Shown: positions 1-13,570 of the stretch, one piece after another
Layout: every line of letters starts with the position of its first letter
Numbering within the stretch: the stretch's first letter is position 1
Origin: Nemertoderma westbladi
Taxonomy: Eukaryota; Animalia; Xenacoelomorpha
Direction: 5' to 3'
Length of the DNA: 59,107 bases
Assembly: GCA_032718475.1 (NCBI GenBank)
Contig: JAUCBJ010001236.1
Coordinates: 1-59,107, forward strand
Notes under the pieces: model-generated
Database searches by the model: none
Told to the model about the DNA's origin: nothing
The model's input: the letters and a program-made list of their open reading frames with translations, nothing else
Translations under genes and position numbers: made by a program

Positions 1-348
1 CCAAATTAATATCATGTCTCAATGTTTATATCAATTAAGGGAAAGGAGCAGGTTACAGTGGCACTTTAATCTAACCAAAACAATTAAAGAAAGTCAATAA
101 CAGAGGTTCGGGTTTTATTTTGGAAGGAGTGTTTGGATGAAGTATTTTTGGCTTGGAGAGGGATGAACCTTGATTGTTTTACGACTTAAGAGTAACGAAA
201 CCTTCCATCTTTCCTTTGATTGTTTGAACATCGCGGCATTCACAAGCCGCATGCAACATTGCACGAGATATTACAATAAGTGATATTTCCATAATTTCAG
301 AGCTACAGGAATGTTTAAAATCAGTTCATGTCAGCTGCATTTAATCCC

Positions 349-472
349 TGTAGTTTAGATTGTATAGACTAACCCAAACACGCTATGTTACCGTCCATCC
401 CTATGTAGTTTAGATTGTATAGACTAACCCAAACACGCTATGTTACCGTCCATCCCTATGTAGTTTAGATTG
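349..472. repeat. 55-bp tandem duplication (2.3 copies) of SUCLG2 exon 6 3' end plus splice donor
   Basis: tgtagtttagattgtatagactaacccaaacacgctatgttaccgtccatcccta starts at 349 and 404, partial at 459. Confidence 0.95.
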
Positions 473-590
473 AACTCCTGTGCCTTTTTCTCGCGAGAAT
501 CCGTTTCGGATTTATCGTCCATTGCGAAAACCTCCTTCTGTCGAAATTCTGCGTTATCGTCGAAATTAATCTTCGCGTCAAACGCCACAA
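429..590 (-). CDS. SUCLG2: SUCLG2 exon 6 (gene continues beyond window start)
   Basis: ttccag acceptor; (V)VAFDAKINFDDNAEFRQKEVF...NLNYIGMDGNIACL; gttagt donor; phases consistent with exon 5. Confidence 0.93.
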
Positions 591-782
591 CTGGAAGTCA
601 AAATAACACAACAATAATTACTGGCGAGATCGAGAACATAATTATTATCATTTAAGTACTCATTACTCAGTAGGCAGTATATGTTTCACATTTTTTATTA
701 GTAGTTCATCAATAGTAATTGTTTCCCACTCACCATCCACAACCAGAAAGTGTGCCTTTCCCACTTCGCCCAGGACTTGCAG

Positions 783-3700
783 GTACTTGCTTCCCATATA
801 CTCACCACGACCAGTACTTGTTTCCCATATACTCACCACGACCAGTACTTGTTTCCCATATACTCACCACGACCAGTACTTGTTTCCCCATAAACTCACC
901 ACGACCAGTAGTACTTGTTTCCCATATACTCACCACGACCAGTACTTGTTTCCCATATACTCACCACGACCAGTACTTGTTTCCCATAGACTCACCACGG
1001 CCAGGTACTTGTTTCCCATATACTCACCACGACCAGTACTTGTTTCCCATATACTCACCACGACCAGTACTTGTTTCCCCATAAACTCACCACGACCAGT
1101 ACTTGTTTCCCATAGACTCACCACGGCCGGTACTTGTTTCCCATATACTCACCACGACCAGTACTTGTTTCCCATAGACTCACCACGACAGTACTTGTTT
1201 CCCATATACTCACCACGACCAGTACTTGTTTCCCATAGACTCACCACGACCAGTACTTGTTTCCCATATACTCACCACGACCAGTACTTGTTTCCCATAG
1301 ACTCACCACGACGGTACTTGTTTCCCATATACTCACCACGACCATGTACTTGTTTCCCAAATACTCAACACGACCAGTACTTGTTTCCCCATATACTCAC
1401 CACGACCAGTACTTGTTTCCCATAGACTCACCACGGCCGGTACTTGTTTCCCATAGACTCACCACGGCCGGTACTTGTTTCCCATATACTCACCACGACC
1501 AGTACTTGTTTCCCATATACTCACCACGACCAGTACTTGTTTCCCATAGACTCACCACGACCAGTACTTGTTTCCCATATACTCACCACGACCAGTACTT
1601 GTTTCCCATATACTCACCACGACCAGTACTTGTTTCCCATAGACTCACCACGGCCGGTACTTGTTTCCCATAGACTCACCACGACCAGTACTTGTTTCCC
1701 ATAGACTCACCACGACAATTACTTGTTTCCCCATATACTCACCACGACCAGTACTTGTTTCCCATATACTCACCACGACAATTACTTGTTTCCCATATAC
1801 TCACTACGACCATTACTTGTTTCCCATAGACTCACCACGGCCGGTACTTGTTTCCCATAGACTCACCACGGCCGGTACTTGTTTCCCATATACTCACCAC
1901 GACCAGTACTTGTTTTCCATATACTCACCACGACCAGTACTTGTTTCCCATAGACTCACCACGACCAGTACTTGTTTTCCATATACTCACCACGACCAGT
2001 ACTTGTTTCCCATATACTCACCACGACCAGTACTTGTTTCCCATAGACTCACCACGGCCGGTACTTGTTTCCCATATACTCACCACGACCAGTACTTGTT
2101 TCCCATAGACTCACCACGACAATTACTTGTTTCCCCATATACTCACCACGACCAGTACTTGTTTCCCATATACTCACCACGACAATTACTTGTTTCCCAT
2201 ATACTCACCACGACCAGTACTTGTTTCCCATAGACTCACCACGACCAGTACTTGTTTCCCATAGACTCACCACGACCAGTACTTGTTTCCCATATACTCA
2301 CCACGACCAGTACTTGTTTCCCATATACTCACCACGACCAGTACTTGTTTCCCATAGACTCACCACGACCAGTACTTGTTTTCCATATACTCACCACGAC
2401 CAGTACTTGTTTCCCATATACTCACCACGACCAGTACTTGTTTCCCATAGACTCACCACGGCCGGTACTTGTTTCCCATATACTCACCACGACCAGTACT
2501 TGTTTCCCATATACTCACCACGACAATTACTTGTTTCCCCATATACTCACCACGACCAGTACTTGTTTCCCATATACTCACCACGACAATTACTTGTTTC
2601 CCATATACTCACCACGACCAGTACTTGTTTCCCATAGACTCACCACGACCAGTACTTGTTTCCCATATACTCACCACGACAATTACTTGTTTCCCCATAT
2701 ACTCACCACGACCAGTACTTGTTTCCCATATACTCACTACGACAATTACTTGTTTCCCATACACTCACCACGACCAGTACTTGTTTTCCATATACTCACC
2801 ACGACCAGTACTTGTTTCCCATAGACTCACCACGGCCGGTACTTGTTTCCCATAGACTCACCACGACCAGTACTTGTTTCCCATATACTCACCACGGCAG
2901 GTACTTGTTTCCCATATACTCACCACGACCAGTACTTGTTTCCCATATACTCACTACGACAATTACTTGTTTCCCATATACTCACCACGACCAGTACTTG
3001 TTTCCCCATAAACTCACCACGACCAGTACTTGTTTCCCATAGACTCACCACGACAATTACTTGTTTCCCCATATACTCACCACGACAATTACTTGTTTCC
3101 CCATATACTCACCACGACCAGTACTTGTTTCCCCATATACTCACCACGACCTGTACTTGTTTCCCATAGACTCACCACGAGCAGTACTTGTTTCCCAAAT
3201 ACTCACCACGACCAGTACTTGTTTCCCATATACTCACCACGACCAGTACTTGTTTCCCATATACTCACCACGACCAGTACTTGTTTCCCATAGACTCACC
3301 ACGACCAGTACTTGTTTCCCAAATACTCACCACGACCAGTACTTGTTTCCCAAATACTCACCACGACCAGTACTTGTTTCCCATAGACTAACCACGGCCG
3401 GTACTTGTTTCCCATAGACTCACCACGACCAGTACTTGTTTCCCATAGACTCACCACGACCAGTACTTGTTTCCCATAGACTCACCACGGCCGGTACTTG
3501 TTTCCCATATACTCACCACGACCAGTACTTGTTTCCCATAGACTCACCACGACCAGTACTTGTTTCCCAAATACTCACCACGACCAGTACTTGTTTCCCA
3601 AATACTCACCACGACCAGTACTTGTTTCCCATAGACTCACCACGACCAGTACTTGTTTCCCATAGACTCACTACGACAATTACTTGTTTCCCATATACTC

Positions 3701-6700
3701 ACCACGACCAGTACTTGTTTCCCATAGACTCACCACGACCAGTACTTGTTTCCCATAGACTCACCACGACCAGTACTTGTTTCCCATAGACTCACCACGA
3801 CCAGTACTTGTTTCCCATAGACTCACCACGACCAGTACTTGTTTCCCATAGACTCACCACGACCAGTACTTGTTTCCCATAGACTCACTACGACAATTAC
3901 TTGTTTCCCATATACTCACCACGACCAGTACTTGTTTCCCATAGACTCACCACGACCAGTACTTGTTTCCCATAGACTCACCACGACCAGTACTTGTTTC
4001 CCATAGACTCACCACGACCAGTACTTGTTTCCCATAGACTCACCACGACCAGTACTTGTTTCCCATAGACTCACCACGACCAGTACTTGTTTCCCATAGG
4101 CTTACCACGGCCGGTACTTGTTTCCCATATACTCACTACGACAATTACTTGTTTCCCATATACTCACCACGACCAGTACTTGTTTCCCATATACTCACCA
4201 CGACAATTACTTGTTTCCCATATACTCACCACGACCAGTACTTGTTTCCCATAGACTCACCACGGCCGGTACTTGTTTCCCATAGACTCACCACGGCCGG
4301 TACTTGTTTCCCATAGACTCACCACGGCCGGTACTTGTTTCCCATATACTCACTACGACAATTACTTGTTTCCCATATACTCACCACGACCAGTACTTGT
4401 TTCCCATAGACTCACCACGGCCGGTACTTGTTTCCCATATACTCACCACGACCAGTACTTGTTTCCCATAGACTCACCACGGCCGGTACTTGTTTCCCAT
4501 AGACTCACCACGGCCGGTACTTGTTTCCCATATACTCACTACGACAATTACTTGTTTCCCATATACTCACCACGACCAGTACTTGTTTCCCATAGACTCA
4601 CCACGGCTGGTACTTGTTTCCCATATACTCACTACGACAATTACTTGTTTCCCATATACTCACCACGACCAGTACTTGTTTCCCATAGACTCACCACGAC
4701 CAGTACTTGTTTCCCATATACTCACCACGACCAGTACTTGTTTCCCATAGACTCACCACGACCAGTACTTGTTTCCCATAGACTCACCACGACCAGTACT
4801 TGTTTCCCATAGACTCACCACGACCAGTACTTGTTTCCCATAGACTTACCACGGCCGGTACTTGTTTCCCATATACTCACTACGACAATTACTTGTTTCC
4901 CATATACTCACCACGACCAGTACTTGTTTCCCAAATACTCACCACGACCAGTACTTGTTTCCCATAGACTCACCACGACCAGTACTTGTTTCCCATAGAC
5001 TTACCACGGCCGGTACTTGTTTCCCATATACTCACTACGACAATTACTTGTTTCCCATAGACTCACCACGACCAGTACTTGTTTCCCATAGACTCACCAC
5101 GACCAGTACTTGTTTCCCATAGACTCACCACGACCAGTACTTGTTTCCCATAGACTCACCACGACCAGTACTTGTTTCCCATAGACTCACCACGACCAGT
5201 ACTTGTTTCCCATAGACTCACCACGACCAGTACTTGTTTCCCATAGACTCACCACGGCCGGTACTTGTTTCCCATATACTCACTACGACAATTACTTGTT
5301 TCCCATATACTCACCACGACAATTACTTGTTTCCCATATACTCACCACGACCAGTACTTGTTTCCCCATAAACTCACCACGACCAGTACTTGTTTCCCCA
5401 TAGACTCACCACGACCAGTACTTGTTTCCCATAGACTCACCACGACCAGTACTTGTTTCCCATAGACTCACCACGACCAGTACTTGTTTTCCATATACTC
5501 ACCACGACCAGTACTTGTTTCCCATAGACTCACCACGACCAGTACTTGTTTCCCATAGACTCACCACGGCCGGTACTGTACTTGTTTCCCATATACTCAC
5601 TACGACAATTACTTGTTTCCCATAGACTCACCACGACCAGTACTTGTTTCCCATAGACTCACCACGACCAGTACTTGTTTCCCATAGACTCACCACGACC
5701 AGTACTTGTTTCCCATAGACTCACCACGACCAGTACTTGTTTCCCATAGACTCACCACGACCAGTACTTGTTTCCCATAGACTCACCACGACCAGTACTT
5801 GTTTCCCATAGACTCACCACGGCCGGTACTTGTTTCCCATAGACTCACCACGGCCGGTACTTGTTTCCCATATACTCACTACGACAATTACTTGTTTCCC
5901 ATATACTCACCACGACCAGTAGTACTTGTTTCCCATATACTCACCACGACCAGTACTTGTTTCCCATAGACTCACCACGACCAGTACTTGTTTCCCATAG
6001 ACTCACCACGACCAGTACTTGTTTCCCATAGACTCACCACGGCCGGTACTTGTTTCCCATATACTCACTACGACAATTACTTGTTTCCCATATACTCACC
6101 ACGACAATTACTTGTTTCCCATATACTCACCACGACCAGTACTTGTTTCCCCATAAACTCACCACGACCAGTACTTGTTTCCCCATAGACTCACCACGAC
6201 CAGTACTTGTTTCCCATAGACTCACCACGACCAGTACTTGTTTCCCATAGACTCACCACGACCAGTACTTGTTTTCCATATACTCACCACGACCAGTACT
6301 TGTTTCCCATAGACTCACCACGACCAGTACTTGTTTCCCATAGACTCACCACGGCCGGTACTGTACTTGTTTCCCATATACTCACTACGACAATTACTTG
6401 TTTCCCATATACTCACCACGACCAGTACTTGTTTCCCATAGACTCACCACGACCAGTACTTGTTTCCCATAGACTCACCACGACCAGTACTTGTTTCCCA
6501 TAGACTCACCACGACCAGTACTTGTTTCCCATAGACTCACCACGACCAGTACTTGTTTCCCATAGACTCACCACGACCAGTACTTGTTTCCCATAGACTT
6601 ACCACGGCCGGTACTTGTTTCCCATATACTCACTACGACAATTACTTGTTTCCCATATACTCACCACGACCAGTACTTGTTTCCCATATACTCACCACGA

Positions 6701-8585
6701 CCAGTACTTGTTTCCCATAGACTCACCACGACCAGTACTTGTTTCCCATAGACTCACCACGGCCGGTACTTGTTTCCCATAGACTCACCACGACCAGTAC
6801 TTGTTTCCCATAGACTCACCACGGCCGGTACTTGTTTCCCATATACTCACTACGATAATTACTTGTTTCCCATATACTCACCACGACCAGTACTTGTTTC
6901 CCATAGACTCACCACGACCAGTACTTGTTTCCCATAGACTCACCACGACCAGTACTTGTTTCCCATAGACTCACCACGGCCGGTACTTGTTTCCCATATA
7001 CTCACTACGACAATTACTTGTTTCCCATATACTCACCACGACCAGTACTTGTTTCCCATATACTCACCACGACCAGTACTTGTTTCCCATATACTCACCA
7101 CGACCAGTACTTGTTTCCCATAGACTCACCACGACCAGTACTTGTTTCCCATATACTCACCACGACCAGTAGTACTTGTTTCCCATAGACTCACCACGGC
7201 CGGTACTTGTTTCCCATATACTCACTACGACAATTACTTGTTTCCCATATACTCACCACGACCAGTACTTGTTTCCCATAGACTCACCACGACCAGTAGT
7301 ACTTGTTTCCCATATACTCACAACGACCAGTACTTGTTTCCCATATACTCACCACGACCAGTACTTGTTTCCCATAGACTCACCACGACCAGTACTTGTT
7401 TCCCATAGACTCACCACGGCCGGTACTTGTTTCCCATATACTCACCACGACCAGTAGTACTTGTTTCCCATATACTCACCACGACCAGTACTTGTTTCCC
7501 CATATACTCACCACGACAATTACTTGTTTCCCATATACTCACCACGACAATTACTTGTTTCCCATAGACTCACCACGACCAGTACTTGTTTCCCATAGAC
7601 TCACCACGACCAGTACTTGTTTCCCATAGACTCACCACGACCAGTACTTGTTTCCCATATACTCACCACGACCAGTACTTGTTTCCCATAGACTCTCCAC
7701 GACCAGTACTTGTTTCCCATAGACTCACCACGATCAGTACTTGTTTCCCATATACTCACCACGACCAGTAGTACTTGTTTCCCATATACTCACCACGACC
7801 AGTACTTGTTTCCCATATACTCACCACGACCAGTAGTACTTGTTTCCCATATACTCACCACGACCAGTAGTACTTGTTTCCCATATACTCACCACGACCA
7901 GTACTTGTTTCACATAGACTCACCACGATCAGTACTTGTTTCCCATATACTCACCACGACCAGTAGTACTTGTTTCCCATATACTCACCACGACCAGTAG
8001 TACTTGTTTCCCATATACTCACCACGGCCGGTACTTGTTTCCCATATACTCACCACGACCAGTAGTACTTGTTTCCCATATACTCACCACGACCAGTACT
8101 TGTTTCCCATATACTCACCACGACCAGTAGTACTTGTTTCCCATATACTCACCACGACCAGTAGTACTTGTTTCCCATATACTCACCACGACCAGTACTT
8201 GTTTCCCATATACTCACCACGACAATTACTTGTTTCCCATATACTCACCACGACAATTACTTGTTTCCCCATAAACTCACCACGACCATTACTTGTTTCC
8301 CCATATACTCACCACGACAATTACTTGTTTCCCCATAAACTCACCACGACCAGTACTTGTTTCCCAAATACTCACCACGACCAGTACTTGTTTCCCATAT
8401 ACTCACCACGACCAGTACTTGTTTCCCCATAAACTCACCACGACCATTACTTGTTTCCCCATATACTCACCACGACAATTACTTGTTTCCCCATAAACTC
8501 ACCACGACCAGTACTTGTTTCCTAAATACTCACCACGACCAGTACTTGTTTCCTAAATACTCACCACGACCAGTACTTGTTTCCC
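783..8585. repeat. 31-bp minisatellite (~250 copies) filling SUCLG2 intron 5
   Basis: Unit gtacttgtttcccata(t/g)actcaccacgacca with variant units (ggccgg, acaatt, +tag, +c). Confidence 0.98.
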
Positions 8586-8751
8586 CAAAAGGATTAATTT
8601 CAACCTGAGTGGCATCAACTTCCAGAAACAATGTGTAGAGAAGTTGAATCTGATTGGCTGCTTCTTCTATTAGATTTTCAGGGAATCCGAGATTGCGCGA
8701 TAGTTCGAGACATTGGTGGGGTTGTATTCCCTTTGTGATATCAACTGGAAC
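8565..8751 (-). CDS. SUCLG2: SUCLG2 exon 5
   Basis: VPVDITKGI...LYTLFLEVDATQVEINPFGETSTGR; donor gtgagt at 8564 is the first unit of the 31-bp array. Confidence 0.93.
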
Positions 8752-8838
8752 CTGTATCAAATAATATAGTTAGTGTGAGTTCAAGAGATAGTTGGATTCA
8801 ATTCTTTCTGTACAACAGTTATCACAATATCAACTCAC

Positions 8839-8991
8839 CTTGAATATTTGCTCTGGTTGAGTGGCTGCAACCTCTTCTATATTGACTCCACCACAAGGAC
8901 TTCCTACAATAACTGGCCCACCGAAATCCCTGTCCATTAAAATAGCCAGATAGGTCTCTCTCACGATATCCAAAGCCTCCGCAACCATAAC
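8839..8991 (-). CDS. SUCLG2: SUCLG2 exon 4
   Basis: [42 protein letters not shown]; resembles the GDP-specific beta chain; canonical splice sites. Confidence 0.93.
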
Positions 8992-9208
8992 CTACATAAA
9001 ACAAAACTTTATATTTATATCGGTGGTTCTGTAATAATTGTACAAACAAACATTCGTATATCTGTGTACGCGGTTAAACAATGCCCCGTATATGACGGGT
9101 ATCATTGACAATAACGAAGTCCGCATCCCCATAAGCACTCAATGTATTATTAAAAGTATATCTCGCAAAGTATAACGCAACCATTCGCGGTGAGTCACGC
9201 GGACTCAC

Positions 9209-9396
9209 CGTCTTAACCAGCACCCCGTCGCCGGTGGTTTGTTTGGTCACCAGACGATGGCCCAACATCTGTTCCACTAGAGGCGCCACAGTACCCAGGT
9301 CTTTGGTTAACTTGACGCCGCCCTTTAGACCGCTGGAGAATGTCCCCTTACCGCGGCCGCCGGCTAGGATCTGGGCCTTTATAACCAGTTCCTTCG
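9209..9396 (-). CDS. SUCLG2: SUCLG2 exon 3
   Basis: ELVIKAQILAGGRGKGTFSSGLKGGV...MLGHRLVTKQT, ATP-grasp signature of SCS-beta; ttttag / gtgagt splice sites. Confidence 0.95.
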
Positions 9397-9666
9397 CTAA
9401 AATAAAAGATACGATAATTAGTTTCCTATTCTAACAGTCTAAGTCTAACTAAACATACTGACTTATAGTTAAGAACAGAAAGTAGCCTATCTAACTAAGT
9501 AGTCTATCATCTAGGCTAGGCCAGTTTTAGTAGAACAAAGGCAGCGACCAACTAATCCTAACAAAAATAAAACTAACCAGAATTCGTAATCAAAAGCTCA
9601 AAGTAAAAAATATGAGCTTAATGTAGTAATATTAAACTTTGACTTTATCCATGATGATGAACTTAC

Positions 9667-9826
9667 CAATTGTATTTAGTATTTCTTTGCCGGCTTGCGC
9701 AGCCTGGGCCGGAGTATCGGCCATTTGGAATCTCTGAATATTAATGCCATGTTTTGCCATCAACGACTTACTCTGGTATTCCTGTAAGCTTAGCCATCGC
9801 CGTGGCGTTACTGCTAACCCATGTTT
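9667..9826 (-). CDS. SUCLG2: SUCLG2 exon 2
   Basis: tttacag acceptor; reads KHGLAVTPRRWLSLQEYQSKSLMAKHG (mature N-terminus, LxLQEYQSK motif); gtaagt donor. Confidence 0.9.
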
Positions 9827-10249
9827 CTGTAAACGAGATTAATTTATGAGAATTAATAGCTTTATAAAGGGGTGACAGCAACTCATCGAATTAGCAAGAT
9901 CAAGATGAGATTCGTGACACGGATTTACAGTTACACTAATAATGGCTACACAGATAACAGGATAATACTTTATAATTTACACTGGCTGACTGGGACACGG
10001 AATTGCTTGTCGCGTTTGACCTGGCAGCCTGGTGCCAGGAACCTGCTACATACCGTAGTACAGAATACAGAGAGACATACGTTCTAACGTACCGTACTGA
10101 CGTTCGTCCTGCAGTAGGCTACTGGTACCCTACGTATGCTGGTATGTTATGTCTGTAATCCGAATCCGTGACCTTAGTACTAGTAGGCTACTACGGTATA
10201 CAGGTATACTATAGCTGTATAGTACGACTCTGGACTGGACTCAGTCCAG

Positions 10250-11421
10250 CAAGTCCCTAAAAGGTGCCACCCTGCTCCATAGCGCGGGAAATTCAAATGA
10301 TTGAAAGACATGTTATTTGTACTGGAAAATGGAAATAAGGGTGGCAGATCAGATCTGCCACCTATATTTTGGCGGTAAATTCAAATCGTTTTAACATTGA
10401 ATACATGAATAGAGTAAGACTAATAATGTAATTCATTGAATCAGAATAAATTATTTCTTATCGGTTTAACTCACTCATCGTTACTGTTGTTGATTTATCT
10501 ATTCTGGGACTTCGAGCAGCTCGTGAACAACTAAACCGCTGACGTTAACTAGTATGGGGGCATAGAGCAGCACGTGAACAACTAAACTGGCTGGTTACCT
10601 AGTCTGGGACTTCGAACAGCACGTGAACAACTAAGCTGACTGGTTAACTAGTCTGGTACCGTACATGTCTGGGACAGATATAGCAGTATAGGCAGATGCA
10701 TTATACACACATATTGTTATTACAGTGGCATACCTGCGATATATACCGTATCAGTTCCCTGCTATATTGTTATAATTATAATGTTCTGATGTAATTATAT
10801 ATAACTGATACAAGCAAATAATAAATGTTCTTTACATTTACTGCTAGAAGTTAGGCCAAATCCCCCGACCCCCCCCCCCCCCCCCCCCCCCTCCTCAATT
10901 TGCAATTTTGCTCGAAGTCCCAGAGACTAGTGAACAAGTCAGCTTAGTTGTTCACGTGCTACTGGAAGTCCCAGACTAGTTAACCAGTCAGCTTTAGTTG
11001 TTCAAGTGCTGCTCGAAGTCCCAGACTTGTTAACCAGTCAGCTTAGTTCAGTCGTTGTTCACGTGCTACTGGAAGTCCCGACTAGTTAACCAGACAGCTT
11101 AGTTGTTCACGTCTGCGCTCTACTGCCAGACTAGTTAACGTCAGGTTTAGATGTTCACGTGCTGCTCGAAGTCCCAGAATAGATAAAACAACAACAATAC
11201 CGGATGAGTGAGTTAAACCGATAAGAAATAATTTATTCTGATTCAATGAATTTACATTAGTCTTACTCTATTCATGTATTCAATGTTACAACAGATTTGA
11301 ATTTACCGCCAAAATATAGATAGCAGATCTGATCTGCCACCCTTTCCAGTACAAATTACATGTCTTTCAATCATTTGAATTTCCCGCGCTATGGAGCAGG
11401 GTGGCACCTTTTAGGGACTTG
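10250..11421. mobile_element. Foldback/MITE-like non-autonomous DNA transposon in SUCLG2 intron 1
   Basis: Imperfect TIRs of several hundred bp beginning caagtccctaaaaggtgccacc; internal subrepeats gggacttcgagcagcacgtgaacaactaa; ctcagtccag on both flanks (10240-10249, 11423-11432). Confidence 0.85.
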
Positions 11422-11520
11422 TCTCAGTCCAGCAGTCAGTCATCGATCTCTCCAAATCTCTCAACGCAGCAACTACTTGTACAGTTGTCAGGGTGTGGTT
11501 GTAGTCTAGGCTAGGCCTAC

Positions 11521-11589
11521 CTGGTTAAAACATCGGCGAAGATAAGAAGGGCGAGATAAACCGGTAGTTGCTAGCGAACAATTCATCAT
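11521..11589 (-). CDS. SUCLG2: Succinyl-CoA ligase [GDP-forming] beta subunit, probable exon 1 (mitochondrial targeting peptide MMNCSLATTGLSRPSYLRRCFNQ)
   Basis: ATG at 11589, 23 Ser/Arg-rich codons with no acidic residues, then CAG|gtaggc donor; phase 0 fits exon 2. Confidence 0.7.
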
Positions 11590-12106
11590 CGTATATCACA
11601 GTACCGGTAGTATCACTGCTGCACTGTATCAGTATAGTATTACAAGATTAGTAATCAGTCCGTCTGTAACCTACCAGTACCGGTACACGTCTGACAGTAG
11701 TTAGGCCTTGGTGTGTAACGGAAATGCACAGACCGGTGTCCTAGGCGAATATCCCCCCCCCCCCCGTCCCTCCTCAAAGACTTAGATAAATATAGTTTGG
11801 ATTTATTTTTTTTTTGTTAGGGTTAGTTGGTCAGGCCCATATGGCATACATTTGGTTTTAAAACCCCACTACAATAAATCACGCGCAAAAACATTTATTT
11901 CACCTCTAAAAGCGCACGGTTTTATTATTTACGAGGTGTAATAATTCACAAATTGATTAATTTCTCCTCCTATTTTAGGGGATGATATAAATGGACACAT
12001 GTATGTGATTTTTTCTTCCCCCTAGCGATTAGCTGATTTAGGAGGGAATTTAAATACACAATTATGGTGTAATAAATCCGTCCGCTAATGATTGGTTGAT
12101 ATACGG

Positions 12107-13570
12107 CAGGCCTCCCAGAGTTTCCTTTTTTCCTTTTTTTTTCCTTTTTTTTAGAACGTTTCCTTTTTTTCCTTTTTTTTTAGAATTTTCCCTTTTTTCC
12201 TTTTATTTTGTCCATTTTCACACCTTTTTTTCCTTTTTTTAGTTCAGAAAATAGCCTGCTGTAAGTTGTAACATCTATTCAGTACAAGGCAGCGGGAGAC
12301 AGATGGACAGGTCGTGCAGTTTAATCAATTACCGGTACTGTACCACTGTCTGACTGTAATTCCATATATGACGATTTCAGTACTTACTATATACTATCAG
12401 TATAGTTGTCCTTGGCTTGGTAGTAAACTAATATGACAATGTACAGGACAAGTTATTTTCCTGCAATCATACTTAACGGTACCGGTACCAATGGAAACCA
12501 TTAGATCCCAGCAATCATTGGCAGATAAACTGAAATTTCAGCTTGCTGCTGATATTGACAAGGTTATAACAGAGATTGACGGGCATATGCCTATTATATT
12601 TTGATTAGACATTTTTTTGACAAAAATCACAAGCTAAGCTACCATAAAAATGTAGCTGTGGAGGAGAGAACTTTAATATATTTATTTCTGAGACAGAGGC
12701 TGTCTCAGAAAATATGTATATTAAAGTTCTCTCCGCAGCTACATTTTTAGCGTGTGATTTATTATAATTGACGCAAAACCGCCTTGGTGAATCAACAATG
12801 ATGATTTAAATTTAGGGAAAGGAACAGGTTGCAGTGGCAGTCTATTCTAACCAAAAGAATAAATGAAAGCATATAACACTGTTACAGTTTCATTTTTGCT
12901 CGCAATCGGCTGTTATTTGCGTCCATTTTCCCCTGGATATGGTTGTATTTTGATTGCGTCTAAAAGCATTTTTGTTATTTATATAAATGTATCTACGACC
13001 GGAAATCCGTACCAAAGGTTTTATATCACTTACAAACTAAAGTTATATTTACAATCATTTGATAAACCTCTATCAATGAGTGACCATCAATCGGCGGAAC
13101 TCGACCATCTCTGATAACTAGGCAAAAAAGGTGAAAATATCTGTATAATAATATTAATATAGATGTATTAACTATAATTAATATTAACTATATTGCCATT
13201 GCCATTGTTCTCTTTCCTGCGTGTTTATATTTTTTAACTTTCTTTGATATCTTCCTGTCATTTAAAACAGGACGTTTCTTTATGGGATTCTTCATAGTAC
13301 TGTATATACAGTAAGGTTAATGAAATAGAATCAAGAAACAGCACTAAAGACATAATGTTTACTATTACTTTTGTAAAGATAATTAATATCTATTCAGTTT
13401 TCCCCTTTTTTTTGAACTGTATCCGATCCTTTTTTTCCTTTTTTTTTGAACTGCATCTTATCTTTTTTTCCTTTTTTTTTAACTGCATCCTATCCTTTTT
13501 TTCCTTTTTTTTTGAAAATATTAAATCCTTTTTTCCTTTTTTTCCTCGATTTTTTTGGCTGGGAGTGCTG
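12107..13570. mobile_element. Non-autonomous DNA transposon inserted into a 63-bp repeat unit
   Basis: Imperfect 12-bp TIRs caggcctcccag / ctgggagtgctg, 7-bp TSD tatacgg, subterminal tttttcc runs. Confidence 0.75.

Noticed and set aside
30-110. gggaaaggagcaggttacagtggca motif also at ~12814 and loosely ~20302
   Set aside because: Diverged dispersed-repeat fragment; boundaries and class not definable
783-8585. CRISPR-like appearance of the 31-bp (and 28-bp) arrays
   Set aside because: Units are head-to-tail with no unique spacers, no cas genes, eukaryotic context
719-8608. Dozens of ORFs with repeats such as YTHHDQYLFPIDSPRPVLVSH
   Set aside because: Translations of the 31-bp minisatellite on the antisense strand of an intron
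9872-10087. Possible SUCLG2 first exon or separate ORF near 10 kb
   Set aside because: No ATG plus donor in a suitable frame; 11521-11589 fits better
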